This document shows positions 27,458-35,658 of a stretch of 47,867 nucleotides of DNA, one piece after another. This DNA comes from Anaerolineae bacterium (GTDB taxonomy: Bacteria > Chloroflexota > Anaerolineae > JACIWP01), in contig JAPWUQ010000002.1 in the NCBI GenBank assembly GCA_028275445.1, forward strand, positions 1 through 47,867. Direction: 5' to 3'. The position numbers and the translations under genes are program-made. The notes under the pieces were generated by a model. That model searched no databases. It was given only the letters and a program-made list of their open reading frames with translations, and was not told where the DNA came from. Position 1 is the first letter of the stretch; the number at the start of each line of letters is the position of its first letter.

Positions 27458-28786
27458 ATGGAAGAGCGCGGTTCGCCATCGCCGCTGAGCGAACGGGAGC
27501 TGGAACTGCTGACGCTGGTGGCCAAAGGGGCCAGCAATCAGCAGATCGCCCGGGAGCTGTTCATCAGCGTCAACACGGTCAAAGTGCATCTGCGCAACAT
27601 TTTCGACAAGCTGGGCGTGGAATCGCGCACGGAAGCGGCCATGCTGGCGGTGCGCGAGGGCTGGATCCAGTTAGAGGGGATGCCCGGCTCCGCGCCGGCC
27701 GCGCCCGAAGCGCCGGCCGTCCCTCCCCCGGCCCCCATTTCCCTGCCCCAGCGCATCTTTCTGCTGGCGAGCCTGCTGGTCACGCTGGGAATCGCCTTCC
27801 TGCTCCCGGCCCGCGCTATCCCCAGCGCCGGCCGGCCTGCCAGCCCCTTTGCCGAGCGCTCCGTCAGCACCTCTCTGCTCCCCACCAACACTTCCGCCAG
27901 CCGCTGGTCCCAACAGCCGGCCATGCCGCTGGCGCGCGGCCGGCAGGCCGCGGTCTGGCATGCCGGCCGGATGTACGTCATCGCCGGCGACACGAACGAC
28001 GGCATCACCGGCGCATCCGACATCTATGACACCACCAGCCGGCAGTGGAGCGCCCTGCCCTATAAGCCCACGCCGGTCAGCAACGTAGCCGCGGCGGTCG
28101 CCGCCGGCCGCATCTGGGTGCCGGGCGGCTTCCTCCCCGACGGCCGCGTCACCGCCGAGGTCGAGGCCTACAACCTGGAGACGGGGCAGTGGGAACGGGG
28201 GCCGGCGCTCCCCGAGCCGCTGTGCGGGTACGCGCTGGCGGCATGGGGCGGCAAAGTGTACCTGTTCGGCGGGGCCAACGAGCAGGGGTACACCCGCACG
28301 GCCCTGCGGCTGGACCCCGAGAAAGGCGCGTGGGAGCCTCTGCCTCCCCTTTCCTCGCCGCGGGCGTTTGCCGGCGCGGCGGTGCTGGACGACCGCATCT
28401 ATGTGGTGGGGGGATTTGACGGTCAGCGGGAGCTGAACATCTGTCAGGTCTTTTCGCCGGCCGCCTTCGAGGCCGGCCAGGACCCCTGGGGGGATTGTGC
28501 TCCCCTCTCCCTGGCGCGCGGCGGGTTGGGTCTGGCCGCCGCCGGCAAGACGCTCTATGCCATCGGCGGGGGATGGCAGAGCTATATGGCCTACAACGAG
28601 CAGTATGATGTGGAAAAGGGGGAGTGGACCCGCTTCGATACCCCCATCGAGGGGGAGTGGCGCAACCTGGCCGCCGTCAGCGACGGCAAGACGGTCTATG
28701 CCCTGGGGGGATGGAACGGGCAGTACCTGGATGCGTTCTGGACGTATCAGGCCATTGTGACTATATTCCTGCCCATCACGCCGTGA
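27458..28786 (+). CDS. Membrane-anchored LuxR/GerE-type HTH regulator with extracytoplasmic Kelch-repeat beta-propeller
   Basis: ATG 27458 opens MEERGSPSPLSERELELLTLVAKGASNQQIARELFISVNTVKVHLRNIFDKLGVESRTEAAMLA (GerE HTH). One TM helix follows (IFLLASLLVTLGIAFLLPA), then about six Kelch-like blades (...GRMYVIAGD, GRIWVPGGF, GKVYLFGG, DRIYVVGGF, KTLYAIGGG, KTVYALGGW). Confidence 0.82.
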   Translation: MEERGSPSPLSERELELLTLVAKGASNQQIARELFISVNTVKVHLRNIFDKLGVESRTEAAMLAVREGWIQLEGMPGSAPAAPEAPAVPPPAPISLPQRIFLLASLLVTLGIAFLLPARAIPSAGRPASPFAERSVSTSLLPTNTSASRWSQQPAMPLARGRQAAVWHAGRMYVIAGDTNDGITGASDIYDTTSRQWSALPYKPTPVSNVAAAVAAGRIWVPGGFLPDGRVTAEVEAYNLETGQWERGPALPEPLCGYALAAWGGKVYLFGGANEQGYTRTALRLDPEKGAWEPLPPLSSPRAFAGAAVLDDRIYVVGGFDGQRELNICQVFSPAAFEAGQDPWGDCAPLSLARGGLGLAAAGKTLYAIGGGWQSYMAYNEQYDVEKGEWTRFDTPIEGEWRNLAAVSDGKTVYALGGWNGQYLDAFWTYQAIVTIFLPITP

Positions 28787-28789
28787 GCG

Positions 28790-29674
28790 TCAGGCGGTGG
28801 CGCGGCTGGCCGCTTTCTGTTCTTCCTCCCGGCGGATCTCGTCGTAGACGTGTCCCAGCCCGGATTTGATCTTGGCCTCCAGCTTGACGCCGGCGCTGGG
28901 CTTGCGCGGGAAGAACCCGATGATCTTGGTCAGCACGTTGCGCGCCGCCTCCGACTTGGAGCGGCCGGCAAGGTACTCCTGACGGATCAGCTCCCTCGCC
29001 ACCCGCAGGTAGTCCAGCAGGGGATCGATGACCTGCTTATCGCACACCTCCCCATGTCCCGGCACCAGCACGTCAATGGGCATGCTCTTGAGCTGTTCCA
29101 GGGCGCGCACCCATTCGCCCGAGCTTCCCTGTGCCATGAAGGGGTGCATGTTGCAGACCACCAGGTCGCCGGCGAAGACCACCCGCGCCCGAGGGACATA
29201 GACGATGGAGGATGCCGGTGTGTGCCCGCCGGCATAGATGATATCCACCACCGTATCCCCCAGATAGAGGGTCATCCGTTCCTCGAAGGTGAGCTCCGGC
29301 AGTTGGATGTCCAGATGCAGTAACTCGCGGGCGGTCTCGGGGTCTTTATCCCGATAGCGGTCGGCCAGGCGCTGTTTGAAGTTGTCGCCGTAGCCGCGCA
29401 TATGCTTCCAGGCCACCATGTGGGCGATGGCCGGCGCGCCGAAGAAGACATTTCCCAGCGCGTGCCCCTTGTGGTGATCCGTGTTGATGACGTAAATGGG
29501 CTTCTTGCCGGTCACCGCTTCCAGCTCCGCGCGCCAGGCGCGCGCTTCGCGCGGGATCATGGGCGTATCCACCACCACGATGCCCATGCTGGTGACAATG
29601 GCCCCCAGATTGGTGCCCCGGCTGTCCCGTTTCACGTACACCCCTGGAGCGACTTCCCGCATTCCCGGTTCCAT
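28790..29674 (-). CDS. MBL-fold metallo-hydrolase
   Basis: ATG 29674 has AGGAGG 6 nt upstream (MEPGMREVAPGVYV...). Metal-binding motifs are INTDHHKGH (HxHxDH-type) and a later VPGHG. Confidence 0.8.
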   Translation of the reverse strand: MEPGMREVAPGVYVKRDSRGTNLGAIVTSMGIVVVDTPMIPREARAWRAELEAVTGKKPIYVINTDHHKGHALGNVFFGAPAIAHMVAWKHMRGYGDNFKQRLADRYRDKDPETARELLHLDIQLPELTFEERMTLYLGDTVVDIIYAGGHTPASSIVYVPRARVVFAGDLVVCNMHPFMAQGSSGEWVRALEQLKSMPIDVLVPGHGEVCDKQVIDPLLDYLRVARELIRQEYLAGRSKSEAARNVLTKIIGFFPRKPSAGVKLEAKIKSGLGHVYDEIRREEEQKAASRATA

Positions 29675-29697
29675 CGCCGTCCTCCTGCTGACAGAGT

Positions 29698-30912
29698 TCA
29701 TAGGCTGGACCCTGCTCCGCCGGCCAGGAATGTCATCGCCAGCTCGAGCGCCTCCGCCACGCGATCTGCCGGCATGCCGCCGCCCTGGGCGAAGTCGGGC
29801 CGGCCGCCGCCCCCGCCGCCCACCTTCCCGCAGACCTGCCGCAGGAGCGCCTGCATATCCGCCGGCACATCCGCGGAGCGGCCCAGGAACAACTGCCCCT
29901 TATCCGGCCCCTGCCAGCCCAGCAGTACCACCACGCCGGCATGCTCCAGGAGCCGGCCGGCCAACTGCTTGACCGCCGCCGGCTCGCGGTCGGCGAACAC
30001 CTTGCGCACGACCCGCCACGTTCCAACTTGCTCCGCACCGGCCAGCAGGGCGAGCGCCTCCAGGCCGGCCAGCTCTTCCCGCGCCTTCTGCAACTGCCGC
30101 TGAGCGGCCCGGCGTTCCTCGTCCATTTTGCGGACGATTTCGGGCAGGACCTGCCAGCCCGTGGTGAGAAATGCGCACACCTCCTGGAGCACACCCTCTT
30201 TGCGGCGGTAATCCTGCAGGGCGCGCCGGCCGCACAGGAAGGTCACGCGTGTCTCTGCCCCGCGGCGCTCGACGCCGGCAATATGGATGAGGCCGACCTC
30301 GCCGGTGCTCCGGCAGTGGGTGCCGCCGCAGGCCGACCAGTCGAAGCCGGCCACCTCCACCAGCCGGATGTTTTCCGAGACCGCCGGCGGCTTGCGGAAA
30401 GGCACTTGAGCTACCTCCGCCGGCGTCAGGAAGCGCGCCGTCACCGGCCGGTCCTCGAAGACGATGCGGTTGGCCAGGTCCTCGGCAGCGCGCAGTTCCT
30501 CCGCGGGTATCGGCGCCCGGTCCAGGTCAATGGTGCTGGCATCCTCGCCGAGGTGAAAGGAGACGGTCTGTGCCCCGTTCACGCGCATGAACGCCTCGGA
30601 GAGGATGTGCTGGCCGGTATGCTGTTGCATGTGGTCATGGCGGCGCTCCCAGTTCAGCCGGCCAGTGACGTGCTCTTCCGTCAGGGGGCCGGCCAGGAGG
30701 TGCAGTACCTCGCCCGATGTCTCATCCAGCAGGACGTCCAGCACCGGCACATCGTTCAGCCAGCCGATGTCATGGGGCTGGCCGCCGCCGGTCGGGTAGA
30801 AGGCGGTGCGGTCCAGCATCACCGCCGGCCGGCCGTCCAGCTCCAGCCGGCGCACCACCCGGGCCTCGAATTCCGTCAGATAGGCGTCCTCGTAATACAG
30901 TTTCACGGTCAT
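29698..30912 (-). CDS. alaX: Alanyl-tRNA editing protein AlaX-L type (AlaRS editing domain + DHHA1-like C-terminus)
   Basis: MTVKLYYEDAYLTEFEARV opens the protein. The zinc motifs are HTGQHIL (HxxxH) and CGGTHC (CxxxH). The C-terminal Gly-rich GGGGGGRPDFAQGGG is typical of the DHHA1 region. Confidence 0.85.
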   Translation of the reverse strand: MTVKLYYEDAYLTEFEARVVRRLELDGRPAVMLDRTAFYPTGGGQPHDIGWLNDVPVLDVLLDETSGEVLHLLAGPLTEEHVTGRLNWERRHDHMQQHTGQHILSEAFMRVNGAQTVSFHLGEDASTIDLDRAPIPAEELRAAEDLANRIVFEDRPVTARFLTPAEVAQVPFRKPPAVSENIRLVEVAGFDWSACGGTHCRSTGEVGLIHIAGVERRGAETRVTFLCGRRALQDYRRKEGVLQEVCAFLTTGWQVLPEIVRKMDEERRAAQRQLQKAREELAGLEALALLAGAEQVGTWRVVRKVFADREPAAVKQLAGRLLEHAGVVVLLGWQGPDKGQLFLGRSADVPADMQALLRQVCGKVGGGGGGRPDFAQGGGMPADRVAEALELAMTFLAGGAGSSL

Positions 30913-30925
30913 GGTGCTGTCCGGC

Positions 30926-33040
30926 TCATATCAGCAGGGTGATCAGCCAGGCGCCCAGCGCGATGAAGAGCAGCGCGGTTGCCAGCTTGATGCGGGCGGT
31001 GTTGGTGTTCACGAAGCGCGCCAACTGCTCCGAAGTGGTGCCGAGATAGGCCAGCACAAAGACAATGATGAGCGGCGTGATGAAAAGCAGGTTGTAGAGC
31101 AAGAGGTACATGAACGCTTTGGCGCGCATCGCCGGCACACCCATGACGAACAGGATGGTGGGCAGGTAGACCTGGCCGGTGCAGGCCAGCTCGATCAGCG
31201 AGATGACGAAGCCGGTGACGAAGGCGACGCCGGCGATGGCCTGGGCAGACGCGCCCTCGCGGATGACCTGGTTGATGCGCCGGCGCAACTGCAGGGGCAG
31301 TCGCAGTCGCATTTCCTCCAGCTTGCCGCGCCGTGCCTGGAGGTAGTCCATGAAGCTCAGCACTGCCAGCAGGAGACACAGCACCGCCGTGATGCCGTAC
31401 ACCCATTTGCCCAGGGTGGTCAGGAAGGGGAGCCTCGTCAGCACCTGATACAGCCCCACACCGACCAGCAAGTAGGTGAGAAAGACGCCGATGGCGAAGC
31501 TGGCGCCGACCATCAGGATATCGCGCCCCTTGCGCCCCACAAAGGCCAGGTAAGAGATGAAGAAGACCAGCGTGGCAAAGGCGCAGGGGTTCAGGCCGTC
31601 AATAAGGCCGGCCACAGCCACGGTCAGCACGCCGAAGGACTTGAAGCGCTCGATAATGCGCGATTGGGCGTTGGGAGCTTCCTGTTCCCAGTTCTCCCAG
31701 GTCACCTCGGCACCGCTTGCCTGGTATTTCTGGATCAGGGCCTCGATTTTGGCGGTGCTGACGTCCCCACCCACCAGGTAGTCCTGCCCGACAAATATCG
31801 CCGGCGCGGTGAGCCGGAAGCGCTCAGGCACGTTGTACTTGGTGCACAGCCATTCGTTGAGCGCGGCGTACTCGTTGATGTCAAAGAGCGAGACCTCGAG
31901 GTTGGGATATTTGTTCTTCAGGTAGTTGATCTCGTATTGGGCGCGGTCGCACTCCTGACAGCCGGCCTTGGAAAAGTAGGCCATGTGAATGGTCTTGCTC
32001 GATGCGCTGGCTGGCTGGGGCGTGCCGGTTGGCTGAGCGGTGCCGGCCGCTGACGGCGCCGGCGGCGTGATGGTGCCCTGCGGCGGCTCGAAGTACATCG
32101 GGTCAATGGGCCAGGGGGCGCCGCCCTGCGCCAGATACTCGTCAATCAGTTGCTCCAGGGAACTCTCGATGACGTTGGCGTCGGGGAGCAGATAGCGTCC
32201 GACGATCATCAGCGGGATATAGCCGCGCTGGTTCTCCGGCATGCCGGCCTTTTCCTCAATGGCCAGCTCCAGCGCGAAATTATAGGGGTTGGTGACATCG
32301 AATTCCCGCACCACCACCTTCTCGCCGTACTTCTCGTAAATCTTGGGCATGAAATCGGCGCGGATATGTTCGCAGTGGGGGCAGGTGGGCGAGAAGAAGA
32401 GCATGATATGCACCGCGCCGGGGACACTGCCGGCGGGATGCGGGGTCACTGTCGGGATCATGCGCAGGGTGGGGCGGGCGGCCGGCGTGGCAGGCGTGGG
32501 GGTGGGCGCCGGCGTGGGGAACTTGGCACCGCCGGCATCCAGGAGCCGCTGGACCGTGTCCGCCAGCTTGGCCTGCAGTTCCTCCTTGCCCAGGAGCGCG
32601 GTATCCCCCAGGAAGGCTTCCGGAATGGTGGCTTTGTCGGCGCTAATGCCGTAGGTGCTTTCCAGCGCCTGGAGGAGCTGGTACGTGCCGGCGTCATTGA
32701 TATCCATCAGCCGCACTTCCAGCGAGGCGCCGAATTTCTCCTGAAGCGCCGGCAGGAGGTTCTTCACAACTTCCTGGCAGTCCGGACAGTCCGGCGAGTG
32801 GAAGAGATACATCTGCACCACCGGCGCCTGTGCCGTGACCAGCGTAGTGAACAGTACGACGGCCAGCAGAAGGCCGGCCAGAACACTTCTCCAGGGATAA
32901 TGGCGCTGTGTCAACGCGGTCAACCTCCTCCGCAAAGTAATGTCAACTGCGACCGCAGTGCGGCTCATTATAGCATAATTTGGGCCAGCCGGCGAAACGG
33001 GCCGAAAATCATCACCGTTTTGGTTACGCTTTGCGCCCAC
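30926..33040 (-). CDS. Membrane protein with three extracytoplasmic thioredoxin-like CxxC modules fused to a DsbD/CcdA-like transmembrane thiol-transfer domain
   Basis: A signal anchor (SVLAGLLLAVVLFTTLVTAQA) is followed by three modules with CPDC, CPHC and CQEC, separated by Pro/Thr/Ala linkers. The C-terminal roughly 240 aa have about 6 TM helices with GLNPCAF and ELACTGQVYLP cysteines. The start is ambiguous: GTG 33040 (GAGGA 3 nt upstream) or ATG 32968. Confidence 0.75.
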   Translation of the reverse strand: MGAKRNQNGDDFRPVSPAGPNYAIMSRTAVAVDITLRRRLTALTQRHYPWRSVLAGLLLAVVLFTTLVTAQAPVVQMYLFHSPDCPDCQEVVKNLLPALQEKFGASLEVRLMDINDAGTYQLLQALESTYGISADKATIPEAFLGDTALLGKEELQAKLADTVQRLLDAGGAKFPTPAPTPTPATPAARPTLRMIPTVTPHPAGSVPGAVHIMLFFSPTCPHCEHIRADFMPKIYEKYGEKVVVREFDVTNPYNFALELAIEEKAGMPENQRGYIPLMIVGRYLLPDANVIESSLEQLIDEYLAQGGAPWPIDPMYFEPPQGTITPPAPSAAGTAQPTGTPQPASASSKTIHMAYFSKAGCQECDRAQYEINYLKNKYPNLEVSLFDINEYAALNEWLCTKYNVPERFRLTAPAIFVGQDYLVGGDVSTAKIEALIQKYQASGAEVTWENWEQEAPNAQSRIIERFKSFGVLTVAVAGLIDGLNPCAFATLVFFISYLAFVGRKGRDILMVGASFAIGVFLTYLLVGVGLYQVLTRLPFLTTLGKWVYGITAVLCLLLAVLSFMDYLQARRGKLEEMRLRLPLQLRRRINQVIREGASAQAIAGVAFVTGFVISLIELACTGQVYLPTILFVMGVPAMRAKAFMYLLLYNLLFITPLIIVFVLAYLGTTSEQLARFVNTNTARIKLATALLFIALGAWLITLLI

Positions 33041-33089
33041 TGATCCTCAGGTGAGCGTCGCCGGGGAGATGGCCATCGTCGCCCCCGGC

Positions 33090-34166
33090 TCATGCCTGGC
33101 GCAGGGCGCGTGCCACATCAAACGGATCGGTGCTGACTACGCTGGCGGCGTACAGCTCCATGGAGCCGATGTCAGCGGTGCGGCTGTACAGCGGGCCGCG
33201 ATCCACCACCCGCACGATGGTGGGGAAGCCCTCCCAATCCTCGTTCACGCCGTCGATCGGGCGCCAGTACAGCGCCAGACTGAAGCTCTGGGCGCCCAGC
33301 CGGCCTACCAGCGTTTCCAGTGCCCGGTAGACCGCCTGCCGGAAGGGGATGTCCGGGCGCTCGCCGATGACCAGCATCTCTTTCTCCTTTACCGGAGTCA
33401 GGTGCGCCAGGATGACTGCTCCCGGCATGTCCAATGCCAGTCCCAGCGCACGGTGCACAGCGATGAGGTCATCGAAATAGTTCGCGCCGTGGCCCAGTTG
33501 ATAGAGTTGAGCGGCGCGGCGCCAGTGCTCGACCTTCGGATAATGCATGTCCCGGGTCAGGGTCATCTGCGCGTGGCCATGGAGGATGGAGGCGCCGGCC
33601 TTCCACAGGCAGTTCCACAGGAAGAAGAAATAGCGCGCGTCGCGGTCGGCGTTATGCGCCTCCTTGGCCCAGCGCAGAGCCACATCGAAGTAGTCAATCA
33701 CCTGCTCCTCGCTGAAGCGCAGGGGATGATGTTCCTGGAAGACCACCACGCCGTGGAGGCCGTCGCATTTGGCCACATTGCTGGCCGTCAGGGCGTACTT
33801 CCCGCGCACCCGACCGAAGACGTCCGCCGGCGTCTGGTTCTCTGGATCGCAGAACATGTCGCCCTGGGTGGAGAGGATATCCTCTTCCAGCCGGGCGGGG
33901 TCCATCGGCAGGGGCCGGCGCCCCCGCAGGGGGTTGAACAGGGTGCCCTCCAGGGTGATGCGGTTGGTCACCCGGAGGACCGTTTGCTCCTGCACCTCTT
34001 CCAGCGAGCCGAAGTTGGCCTTCACCCATTCCCGCATGGCCGGCGGAATGCGGAGCCGGCCCACCGCTTTGCTGACCAGGAAGATGCGCTCGAAGCGCCG
34101 GCGCTCCTCGGCCGGCAACCGCTCCACCAGGCTTCCCAGCTCCATGATCGAGGCGTTAGGATCCAT
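33090..34166 (-). CDS. HIT/GalT-superfamily nucleotidyltransferase-like protein
   Basis: ATG 34166 (MDPNASIMELG...) has GGAAAGG upstream; the track's longer ORF would read through two terminator-like hairpins. The HxHxQ motif is in ASILHGHAQM, as in galactose-1-phosphate uridylyltransferase and related HIT-fold enzymes. Confidence 0.7.
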   Translation of the reverse strand: MDPNASIMELGSLVERLPAEERRRFERIFLVSKAVGRLRIPPAMREWVKANFGSLEEVQEQTVLRVTNRITLEGTLFNPLRGRRPLPMDPARLEEDILSTQGDMFCDPENQTPADVFGRVRGKYALTASNVAKCDGLHGVVVFQEHHPLRFSEEQVIDYFDVALRWAKEAHNADRDARYFFFLWNCLWKAGASILHGHAQMTLTRDMHYPKVEHWRRAAQLYQLGHGANYFDDLIAVHRALGLALDMPGAVILAHLTPVKEKEMLVIGERPDIPFRQAVYRALETLVGRLGAQSFSLALYWRPIDGVNEDWEGFPTIVRVVDRGPLYSRTADIGSMELYAASVVSTDPFDVARALRQA

Positions 34167-34193
34167 CACTGTCAACCTTTCCGCTCCTGAAAC

Positions 34194-34228
34194 AGCCTCC
34201 CGCAGGTTTCGAAGGCCTGCGGGAGGCT
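34194..34228 (-). promoter_or_regulatory. 13-bp stem-loop in the predicted 5' UTR of the GalT-like operon (attenuator or stabiliser candidate)
   Basis: The arm agcctcccgcagg (34194-34206) pairs with cctgcgggaggct (34216-34228). It lies between the predicted promoter (34240-34268) and the RBS. On the minus strand it is followed by UGUUUC. Confidence 0.4.
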
Positions 34229-34239
34229 TTGTTGGCCCG

Positions 34240-34268
34240 ACTATACCATAACCGGACCGTTCCGGCAA
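34240..34268 (-). promoter_or_regulatory. Candidate promoter for the GalT-like/Trx-DsbD/AlaX/MBL operon
   Basis: The minus strand reads TTGCCG (34268-34263), a 17-nt spacer, then TATAGT (34245-34240). Confidence 0.4.
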
Positions 34269-34302
34269 AAAGCCTCCCGCCGGTTTCTGGCCGGCGGGAG
34301 GC
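34267..34302 (-). terminator. Rho-independent terminator of the LysM gene
   Basis: On the minus strand a 12-bp GC stem forms between gcctcccgccgg and ccggcgggaggc (34272-34302), followed by UUUUU (complement of AAAAA 34267-34271). It lies 31 nt after the stop at 34333. Confidence 0.7.
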
Positions 34303-34332
34303 ACGCAACCTACCACAAACCCAGCGCCCCAA

Positions 34333-35514
34333 TTATGGGTTCGTGGTCGTCACATCTACCGGCGCAAACTCCACATAGGCCGTACAGCGGCCGTCCAGCC
34401 GCACCTGGATGCTGGTGCCCAGCCCCTCCGGCGTCACGGTGTAGGTGCCCTGGTTAAAGGGCGCGAACTCCACCGCGTACTCGCCGTACTCCGGCTTGGT
34501 GCCGGTCAGACCGACCGTCTGCCAGCCCTCGGTGGAGACCCGCACCGGCAGGCCCTTCTTGCCGATGACCGAGACCCGCAGGACCGAGCGGAACTCCCAG
34601 GTGTCCTGGTTCGTGCAGTTACTGCTGGTGATGCGGCCCACCCACTGCCGCGTGACCACCGGCGGCCGCGGGGTGGATACCGGCGTCGGCGTCGGATACG
34701 GCGGCCAGGTGGGAGGACGCGGCGCCGGCGGATAGACCTGGCCGGGGATCACCAGCACCTGGCCGGAGTAAATCAGCGATGGATTGGGCAGGTTGTTGGC
34801 CTGCACCAGCGCCCATACGCTGGTGCCGTAGCGCAGGGCGATGCGCGCCAGCGTGTCCCCCGGCTGGACCACATAATAGGTGGCCGCCGGCATGCTGGGC
34901 GGCAGAGCTGTCCCGCTGGGGATGAGCAGTACCTGGCCGGCGTAAATGTACCAGGAGTTGGCCAGGTTATTGGCCCGCATAATGGCCTCTACCGTGGTGC
35001 CGAAGCGGTAGGCGATGGAGCTCAGCGTATCCCCCCACTGCACCACGTAGCGCGTCGTAGGCGCCGGCGGGGGCGGCGGAGGCGTCGGAGGCGTGCCGGC
35101 GGCGCCCGGGATTGTCAGCACCTGGCCGGCATAAATGAAATTGGGATTGCTGAGGCCGTTGGCCTGCATGATCGCTTCCACGGTCGTGCCGAAGCGGTAG
35201 GCGATACTGCTCAGGGAATCCCCCCACTGCACCACGTAGGTGGTGCCGCCGGCCGGCGCCGGCGTGCCGGCCACCGGGATGATCAACGTCTGGCCGACGT
35301 AAATATAATCCGGGTTGGCCAGCCCGTTGGCCTGCACGATCGCCCACACGCTGACGCCGTAGTGAGCCGCGATGCCTTCCAGCGTCTCGCCCCAGCGCAC
35401 CACGTGCACCACCTGTCCGCTGGCCGCCGGCGCGCCCTGCACCGGCGCCACCATCCCCATCAGGACGGTCAGCACCAAGGCCAGGATGACCCACCTGCCC
35501 GCGCGATATGTCAT
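34333..35514 (-). CDS. Secreted protein with four LysM repeats and an uncharacterised C-terminal beta-rich domain
   Basis: GAGGAGGA lies 7 nt upstream of ATG 35514. Signal peptide is ...[13 protein letters not shown]. Four LysM units are present ([17 protein letters not shown]..., [17 protein letters not shown]..., [17 protein letters not shown]..., [17 protein letters not shown]...), then Pro-rich linkers and a roughly 105-aa C-terminal domain with 2 Cys. Confidence 0.88.
   Translation of the reverse strand: MTYRAGRWVILALVLTVLMGMVAPVQGAPAASGQVVHVVRWGETLEGIAAHYGVSVWAIVQANGLANPDYIYVGQTLIIPVAGTPAPAGGTTYVVQWGDSLSSIAYRFGTTVEAIMQANGLSNPNFIYAGQVLTIPGAAGTPPTPPPPPPAPTTRYVVQWGDTLSSIAYRFGTTVEAIMRANNLANSWYIYAGQVLLIPSGTALPPSMPAATYYVVQPGDTLARIALRYGTSVWALVQANNLPNPSLIYSGQVLVIPGQVYPPAPRPPTWPPYPTPTPVSTPRPPVVTRQWVGRITSSNCTNQDTWEFRSVLRVSVIGKKGLPVRVSTEGWQTVGLTGTKPEYGEYAVEFAPFNQGTYTVTPEGLGTSIQVRLDGRCTAYVEFAPVDVTTTNP
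34918..35241 (-). repeat. Near-identical internal duplication (LysM units 2 and 3 plus linker)
   Basis: The protein segments [46 protein letters not shown] and [46 protein letters not shown] align closely. The corresponding DNA (35107-35241 vs 34918-35052) shares long identical runs, e.g. gtgccgaagcggtaggcgat and atccccccactgcaccacgtag. Confidence 0.7.
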
Positions 35515-35590
35515 GGGCTATTCCTCCTCACATGCTTGAACGCCGGCGCGGAACCGGCCGGCAACGCACAGCGCCGCAAAACCTAACATA

Positions 35591-35619
35591 ATCTTACATC
35601 ATGCCAGAGACCGTGTCAA
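35591..35619 (-). promoter_or_regulatory. Sigma-70-type promoter for the LysM gene
   Basis: The minus strand reads TTGACA (35619-35614), a 17-nt spacer, then TAAGAT (35596-35591). Confidence 0.5.
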
Positions 35620-35658
35620 GGGGTCTGGAGAAAATAAACGTAAAGAATCCGCACGGGG

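Noticed and set aside
27265-27537. 91-codon N-terminal extension of the GT-C ORF (track start 27537)
   Set aside because: The extension is Ser/Pro/Arg-rich and non-hydrophobic. It overlaps the divergent promoter region and the 5' end of the LuxR-Kelch gene. ATG 27264 has a proper GGAG RBS and begins directly with the first TM segment.
28784-28792. Convergent genes (LuxR-Kelch + strand, MBL - strand) whose stop codons are only 3 nt apart with no terminator between them
   Set aside because: This is real but unremarkable in compact genomes. I found no convincing hairpin within the flanking coding ends, so nothing specific can be claimed.
34167-34316. 50-codon N-terminal extension of the GalT-like ORF (track start 34316)
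   Set aside because: It would be translated through two strong terminator-type hairpins and a candidate promoter. ATG 34166 has an RBS.
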